A DNA stretch of 33,508 bases from NCBI GenBank assembly GCA_964537375.1, contig CAZIAG010000001.1, positions 1-33,508 on the forward strand. Direction: 5' to 3'. Under the pieces are notes generated by a model. It was not told the origin of the DNA. It worked only from the letters and a program-made list of their open reading frames with translations, and did not search any database. This DNA comes from an uncultured Roseivirgaceae bacterium. GTDB taxonomy: Bacteria; Bacteroidota; Bacteroidia; Cytophagales; Cyclobacteriaceae. The position numbers and the translations under genes are program-made. This document shows positions 27,755 through 33,508 of the stretch, one piece after another. Each line of letters begins with the position of its first letter. Within the stretch, counting starts at the first letter, position 1.

Positions 27755-29797
27755 ATGCGAAAGGGCTTGCTCATTCTATTGATGACAACTGCGGCTGCAG
27801 CAATCGCGCAGACGGGCGATACAACCCGCGTGCTCGAACCTGTCGTGATACACGCTTACTCGACAAACCAGCCACTACACCAACTGGCTGCCTCGGTAGC
27901 GGTTGTCAATCCCGATGAGCTCCGGCGGTTCAGCAATACGAGCTTGCTTCCCGCAGTGAACACCATTCCCGGCGTAAGAATGGAAGAACGATCACCCGGA
28001 AGCGTTCGGTTCTCGATACGTGGAAGTCTGCTGCGCTCGCCATTCGGTGTTCGGAACGTCAAAATTTATTGGAACGGTTTGCCCCTTACTGACGGGGGAG
28101 GCAATACCTATCTGAATCTCCTCGATTTCGACGCCATCGGTCAGGTAGAGGTAATCAAAGGCCCGGCAGGAAGTCTCTACGGCGCAGGCACCGGAGGTGT
28201 AATACTGTTGAACAGTCCGCTGGTCAAGTCCGACAACACTGTTCTCTCAACGACGTTTGGAAGTTTCGGACTTCGACGACTGGCTGTCAGCCATCAGATT
28301 CACGGCGAAAAACTCGTGTTGCGCCTGCACGCAGCCGCACATCACTCCGACGGATACCGTGAACAGACTGAGATGGACCGATACGCTTTCCATGCGGACC
28401 TCCTGATGCCTGTCGGAGAAAAAGGGGTCTTCTCTGCCTCACTTTTCTATACAGATCTCAACTACGAAACCCCGGGTGGATTGACGCAGCAACAATATGA
28501 CGAAAACCCGCGCCAGGCACGACCGGCAGCCGGCCCCAACCGGGGTGCCGTTGAACAAAAGGCCGCCGTTTACAACAAGACTCCCTACTTCAGCGTGAAC
28601 TACAATCAGGAGACAGACAAAGGCGGTTCAACGTCAGTGGGGATTTTCTGGTCACTCTCTCAATTCCGCAACCCGACGGTTCGCAATTACGAAGAGCGCC
28701 GGGAAAATAACCTCGGCCTTCGCGCCCAAAAGCAACGGGCATTTGGCAGCGACAACCAGCATCAACTGAGTGCCGGCGTGGAAGCTCAATATTTTAAAGG
28801 TCCGTTGACGGTGTACGATAACGAATACGGATCCAGGGCCGCCGTTCAGACAGACGATGAACTGTCATCCCAACTCGGAAGCGCCTTCGCCCAGGCACAC
28901 TTCGAAATCTTCAACGAAGCATTCCTTACCATTGGTGGTAGCCTTAATACGACTATGTACCGGTTTAGCCGGCACTTCCCGACGCCTTCGGTGAGTCACA
29001 CAAAGCGATTCAACTTGTTCCTGGCACCCCGGATTGCCGTTGTGAAAAACTTCAAAGGCATGTCGGTCTTTGCGAACATCAGTCGCGGATTCTCGCCCCC
29101 TTCATTGGCGGAAGTGCGCCCTTCCACCAACGCGTTCAACAACGACCTGCAAGCCGAACGAGGCACGAGCTACGAGATAGGACTGCGGGCAAATACACCG
29201 GACGGTCGATTCTCAGGGGAGATCGTTGCCTACGATTTTAGTCTGCGCGAGGCTATCGTGGTCCAACACCTCCCCGATGGCGCGGACTACTTCGTAAATG
29301 CCGGACAAACTTCACAGCGCGGTGTGGAAGCAACCGCTTCATGGACGCCTTTCCAGCGTGGGGACGGCGTTTTCACCGATGCAAAGATATGGACCAGCTA
29401 TGCATACAATGACTACCGGTTTACCCGCTACGCGATCGACGAGATCGACTATTCCGGAAATAAACTCACGGGGGTGCCTGCCTCAGTCAGCACGACGGGT
29501 GTTGACATCGCAACAAAAAACTTTTACCTGAATGCAACGGCAAACTACGTTTCTGAAATTCCTCTGAACGACGGAAATACAGTATTCGCTTCAGCGTATT
29601 TCCTGCTCGGTGCGCGTGTAGGTCACCGGAGAATGCTGAATGAGCACAAGCTCGACTTGTTTATGGGCATTGACAACGCGACCAATCAAAAATATAGTTT
29701 GGGCAACGACTTAAACGCGGTATTTGGTGGACGGTATTTTAACCCCGCTCCGCCCAGGAATTTCTACGCGGGATTAACAATAAACATCCATCGATGA
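27755..29797 (+). CDS. TonB-dependent receptor
   Basis: Signal peptide, TonB-box-like EPVVI, plug (IPGV, SIRGS, EVIKGPAGSLYG), C-terminal PRNFYAGL. Confidence 0.93.
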   Translation: MRKGLLILLMTTAAAAIAQTGDTTRVLEPVVIHAYSTNQPLHQLAASVAVVNPDELRRFSNTSLLPAVNTIPGVRMEERSPGSVRFSIRGSLLRSPFGVRNVKIYWNGLPLTDGGGNTYLNLLDFDAIGQVEVIKGPAGSLYGAGTGGVILLNSPLVKSDNTVLSTTFGSFGLRRLAVSHQIHGEKLVLRLHAAAHHSDGYREQTEMDRYAFHADLLMPVGEKGVFSASLFYTDLNYETPGGLTQQQYDENPRQARPAAGPNRGAVEQKAAVYNKTPYFSVNYNQETDKGGSTSVGIFWSLSQFRNPTVRNYEERRENNLGLRAQKQRAFGSDNQHQLSAGVEAQYFKGPLTVYDNEYGSRAAVQTDDELSSQLGSAFAQAHFEIFNEAFLTIGGSLNTTMYRFSRHFPTPSVSHTKRFNLFLAPRIAVVKNFKGMSVFANISRGFSPPSLAEVRPSTNAFNNDLQAERGTSYEIGLRANTPDGRFSGEIVAYDFSLREAIVVQHLPDGADYFVNAGQTSQRGVEATASWTPFQRGDGVFTDAKIWTSYAYNDYRFTRYAIDEIDYSGNKLTGVPASVSTTGVDIATKNFYLNATANYVSEIPLNDGNTVFASAYFLLGARVGHRRMLNEHKLDLFMGIDNATNQKYSLGNDLNAVFGGRYFNPAPPRNFYAGLTINIHR

Positions 29798-30663
29798 CTG
29801 ATGCGATACCGAATCCCGTCGCGAATACAATCGCTGCCGTGGTTGGCGACGTTCGCAGCTTCTCCTTTGTGAGTGGAGGTTGCATTAACCACGGAGGTCG
29901 CTTGACCACAAGCCGAGGCGATTATTTCCTCAAATGGAATTCGAAGGAAACATTCCCGCGCATGTTTGAGAAAGAAAGTCAGGGACTGCGGATACTCGCA
30001 GCAACCGGATCGATCCGGGTTCCAAACGTCATCGCGGTCGGCGATGCGGAGCACTACCAATACATCGTCCTGGAATTAATCAACGCTTCACGACCCAACG
30101 CCAAGTACTGGGAAAATTTTGGCGGACAGCTCGCTTCCCTGCACCGAAACACCGCACCTGCCTTTGGGCTTGACCATGACAATTACATTGGTTCTCTTCC
30201 GCAAAGTAATCGTCAACACGAAAAATGGAACGACTTCTTCATTCACCAACGACTCGTGCCACAATTGCAGCTAGCCCTACGGCAGGGGAAGCTTTCTTCA
30301 TCAGTCGCAACAAGGTTTGAAAGCTTGTTTCAGCAATTGCCTTCCATCCTTCCCGATGAACCTCCGGCCTTGCTGCACGGCGACCTGTGGAGCGGCAATC
30401 TCATCACTGATGACAGGGGTATGCCATGCCTGATAGACCCCGCCGTACACTACGGCCACCGGGAAGCCGAGATTGCCTTTACAAACCTGTTTGGAGGCTT
30501 TGCCGACACCTTTTACCACGCATATAACGAAAATTTTCCGTTAATGCCGGGATTTGATGAACGCCTGGACGTCTATAATCTGTATCCGCTGTTGGTACAC
30601 GTCAATCTTTTTGGGGGCGGTTATGCACAACAGGTGGTTTCCATTCTGGCGCGATTTGTATAA
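29794..30663 (+). CDS. Fructosamine kinase family protein
   Basis: SGGCIN, YFLK, FGLDHDNYIG, LLHGDLWSGN, IDPAVHYGHRE, YPLLVHVNLFG. Confidence 0.93.
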   Translation: MTDAIPNPVANTIAAVVGDVRSFSFVSGGCINHGGRLTTSRGDYFLKWNSKETFPRMFEKESQGLRILAATGSIRVPNVIAVGDAEHYQYIVLELINASRPNAKYWENFGGQLASLHRNTAPAFGLDHDNYIGSLPQSNRQHEKWNDFFIHQRLVPQLQLALRQGKLSSSVATRFESLFQQLPSILPDEPPALLHGDLWSGNLITDDRGMPCLIDPAVHYGHREAEIAFTNLFGGFADTFYHAYNENFPLMPGFDERLDVYNLYPLLVHVNLFGGGYAQQVVSILARFV

Positions 30664-30744
30664 AGGGTGTATAATCGTAAATTCGAACCCCGTTTCAGAT
30701 ATACCCCGAACTAATTCAACGATAATAATAACCCACACCTGACT

Positions 30745-31305
30745 ATGAAAACCGCTGTTTTTAAAATCCTGATGGGCTTGAGTCTTGTCGTTCTCTTCAC
30801 GGGATGCGACCTGTTTGAAACTGCAGACGACATAACGATCGATATTGAGATTCAGCACACATTTGTGATCGATGAGAATGAAGAACACCCTGACGGAAAG
30901 GAGTATATCGACATTGGTATCATCGATGCCACAAAGGACGAAACCTTCGACAAGTACAAAGACAAAATCAAAGAGTTCACGGTGCACGAGGTGCTTTACA
31001 CAGTGGCCGATGTTGCGGAAGGACACGACGCTTTCTTCCAGGACGGTATGGGGATATTTTACGCCGATGCCGACACAACAATGGCAATTGCGACCGCCCA
31101 TATCGGATCGCAGAGTATCGGTGGGTCTGTTGGACAGGAGTTCAAGCTCGCTTATAATGTCCAGGGATTAAATGCAATTGCCCAACAACTTGAGTCCGTC
31201 CACCAGGTATTTTTTGTGGTTAGAGGTAAACTCACAAAAACGCCAGCTGCTTTCTCGGTGCCCGTAACGCTCAAGTGCACGATCAAAGCAGACGCATTGG
31301 ATTGA
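30745..31305 (+). CDS. Hypothetical acidic lipoprotein
   Basis: MKT + hydrophobic segment + lipobox FTG-C-D; followed by a terminator. Confidence 0.8.
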   Translation: MKTAVFKILMGLSLVVLFTGCDLFETADDITIDIEIQHTFVIDENEEHPDGKEYIDIGIIDATKDETFDKYKDKIKEFTVHEVLYTVADVAEGHDAFFQDGMGIFYADADTTMAIATAHIGSQSIGGSVGQEFKLAYNVQGLNAIAQQLESVHQVFFVVRGKLTKTPAAFSVPVTLKCTIKADALD

Positions 31306-31340
31306 GTCGGAGTAAGAGTAAGAATTTGAATGTATTTCTG

Positions 31341-31368
31341 AAATGCCTCCCCCGTGGAGGCATTTTTT
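31341..31368 (+). terminator. Intrinsic terminator
   Basis: AAATGCCTCC-CCCGT-GGAGGCATTT followed by TTT. Confidence 0.85.
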
Positions 31369-31496
31369 ATACGCGTCTGAAAATGAAACCCTGATCTTCA
31401 GCACCTTCGGAATTATCTCAAGACATAGGTTATTCCTCACCGGCAATCTGGCGGGCATCGGTAGCCTGAACAACCCTTCACCAAAGTTCAACACGT

Positions 31497-32480
31497 TTAC
31501 CGCTGCAGTTTTCGACGAAGATCTGCCACCACGATTTCTGCGTGGACACGAGAGTTTTCGATAAACCATTTGTTGGTTTTCAGTCCACCACACACCACCC
31601 CCGCGAGATAAAGGTCCGGCACATTTGTCTCCATGGTCTCTTCATTATAGACCGGCGTGTGGTATTCATCGTTGTGAAAGGCAATTCCCATCGACTCCAT
31701 AAACTCGAACGGCGGCTTATAGCCAGTCATCGCGAGAACAAAATCGTTCTCCAGAACCTTCAGTCCTTCCGGTGTTCTGATCGTCACCGTCGTCGGGTCG
31801 ATACGTACAACTTCTGAGTGGAAATATGCCTTGATGGAGCCTTCCTTGATCCTGTTCTCAATATCCGGCCTGACCCAGTACTTTATTGAATCCCTGAGGG
31901 CAGATTCGCGGATCACCATCGAGACATCTGCACCTTTCCGCCAGGTCTCCAGGGCAACGTCCACCGCGGAGTTCGCTGCTCCAATGACGAGCACTTTCTG
32001 CGCGAAATACGGATGTGGTTCGTCGTAGTAGTGTTTTACTTTTGGAAGATCTTCCCCGGGTACATTCAGTAGAAACGGAAGATCATAAAACCCCAGGGCA
32101 AGGACCACTGCGGCTGCGTTGTAACGACCTTTCGTTGTTTCAACACGATGCAAATCGCCTTCTCGTCGTACAGCCTTAACTTCTTCATACAATCTCACCT
32201 GCAATTGCCAGGCCATGCAAACACGCCGAAAATATTCGAGAGCTTCGAATCGGTTCGGCTTCGGTCCGTGTGAGATAAAGGGGACCCCACCGATCTCCAG
32301 ACGCTCCGAAGTGGAAAAAAAGGTCATGTTCAAAGGATAGTTGTAAAGGGAGTTTACCAGGCAACCCTTTTCAATGATCACGTATCGCAGACCCGCCTTC
32401 TGTGCTTCAATGCCGCAAGCCAATCCAATGGGTCCCGCCCCAATCACGACCAGGTCGTATCTTGTTGAATCTTCATTCAT
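31497..32480 (-). CDS. ypdA: YpdA family putative bacillithiol disulfide reductase
   Basis: IGAGPIG, IEKGCLVNSLYNYP..MTFFST, HYYDEPHPY, YWVRPDIENRI, WFIENSRVHA; no CxxC. Confidence 0.88.
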   Translation of the reverse strand: MNEDSTRYDLVVIGAGPIGLACGIEAQKAGLRYVIIEKGCLVNSLYNYPLNMTFFSTSERLEIGGVPFISHGPKPNRFEALEYFRRVCMAWQLQVRLYEEVKAVRREGDLHRVETTKGRYNAAAVVLALGFYDLPFLLNVPGEDLPKVKHYYDEPHPYFAQKVLVIGAANSAVDVALETWRKGADVSMVIRESALRDSIKYWVRPDIENRIKEGSIKAYFHSEVVRIDPTTVTIRTPEGLKVLENDFVLAMTGYKPPFEFMESMGIAFHNDEYHTPVYNEETMETNVPDLYLAGVVCGGLKTNKWFIENSRVHAEIVVADLRRKLQR

Positions 32481-32500
32481 CCCAACTAAGGTCTCAGCTT

Positions 32501-32508
32501 CAAAAATA
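32501..32508 (-). promoter_or_regulatory. Bacteroidota -7 element TATTTTTG for ypdA
   Basis: Reads CAAAAATA on the + strand, 20 nt upstream of the start. Confidence 0.5.
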
Positions 32509-32559
32509 CGTTTGATAATTTAAGATTATTGACAAATTTGCCCCATTAACCTGAACACC

Positions 32560-33508
32560 ATGAAGAAATTTCTCGCCCTTCTCCTCATCACCGTTTCAGT
32601 TGGCGGCTTTTCCCAGCAGAAAATCACCGTTGACGACTTCACCCGGAAAAGTACCTTCAGGCAACGCAGCGTAGGTGGTGTCAATTGGATGAACGATGGA
32701 AAATACTATTCCGCCCTCAACGACAACAAGATCATCCGTTTCGACGTAACTACCGGCCAGCCGGTGGAAACAATCCTCGACGGCTCCCAACTCAACCCCG
32801 CCCTTCAAATATCCCGGTACCAATTCAGCGAGGATGAAACCAAGATCCTTCTGCTGACGGGCTTTGAAAGTATTTATCGCCGATCCTACACAGCAGAGTA
32901 TTTTATCTATGACGTGAAATCCGCGTCGCTGAAAAAGTTGTCCGATGGCGGCAAGCAGTCGTACGCCGCATTTTCCCCGGACAACAACAGGATCGCTTTC
33001 GTAAGGAACAACAACTTGTTTATGGTCGACCTGGTCGCCAACAAGGAAGTGGCGATCACCACCGACGGAAAATTCAACCACATCATCAATGGAACCACCG
33101 ATTGGGTTTACGAAGAAGAGTTCGGGTTTGTGAATGGTTTTCATTGGTCTCCCGACGGTCGGAAAATTGCCTTTTACCGGTTTGACGAGTCACAGGTAAA
33201 GGAGTATAACATGCAGGTTTGGAAGGAAGGCCAACTCTACCCGGAAGACTACCGATTCAAGTATCCGAAAGCCGGCGAGAACAACTCCAATGTGGAGATA
33301 TGGATCTATGACGTAGCATCAGGAGAAAAAATAAAGGCAGATGTTGGTGATGAAAATGACATCTATATCCCGAGAGTCGTTTGGACGAAAGACCCCAACG
33401 TGCTCTCCGTGCGAAAATCAAATCGCTTGCAGAACCGCGTAGACCTGTTGCACGTCGACGCATCGACGGGGAAATCGAACATTGTACTTACAGAACAAAG
33501 CGATACGT
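32560..33508 (+). CDS. S9B dipeptidyl peptidase IV, N-terminal part (runs off the window; absent from the ORF track)
   Basis: Translated by hand: MKKFLALLLITV..., SIYRRS, AAFSPD, IINGTTDWVYEEEF, WSPDGRKIAFYRFDES, FKYPKAGE. Confidence 0.93.
   Translation, partial: MKKFLALLLITVSVGGFSQQKITVDDFTRKSTFRQRSVGGVNWMNDGKYYSALNDNKIIRFDVTTGQPVETILDGSQLNPALQISRYQFSEDETKILLLTGFESIYRRSYTAEYFIYDVKSASLKKLSDGGKQSYAAFSPDNNRIAFVRNNNLFMVDLVANKEVAITTDGKFNHIINGTTDWVYEEEFGFVNGFHWSPDGRKIAFYRFDESQVKEYNMQVWKEGQLYPEDYRFKYPKAGENNSNVEIWIYDVASGEKIKADVGDENDIYIPRVVWTKDPNVLSVRKSNRLQNRVDLLHVDASTGKSNIVLTEQSDT

Noticed and set aside
1-33508. Defence system, prophage, transposase, tRNA or rRNA
   Set aside because: No ORF carries such motifs, and I saw no tRNA or rRNA signatures.

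Overview
This 33.5 kb window looks like chromosomal DNA from a Bacteroidota organism, probably Cytophagales-like. The evidence is gldB, TAnnTTTG promoter boxes, an N-terminally extended IspH and a DPP-IV gene. It is mostly housekeeping and envelope genes. In order: a LEA_2/WHy lipoprotein; a three-gene Planctomycete-type cytochrome c cluster (DUF1549/1553, DUF1501 and a membrane cytochrome/LRR protein); DinB; dienelactone hydrolase; polA; a PLP serine/threonine dehydratase/racemase; DUF3667; two tandem M1 peptidases behind HupE/UreJ with a divergent DUF6702 gene; gldB; an NTF2-like protein; rlmI; a phosphoethanolamine transferase; DegP; ispH; a TonB receptor; fructosamine kinase; a lipoprotein; YpdA; and a truncated DPP-IV. 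I saw no rRNA, tRNA, CRISPR array, transposase or phage gene. The most notable observations are an apparent ATC start codon for ispH, a Pol I with a degenerate proofreading domain, an unannotated 49-aa single-TM ORF, a 91-bp-period structured tandem repeat, and two uncharacterised multi-gene modules. All family calls come from motif recognition by eye, not database searches.
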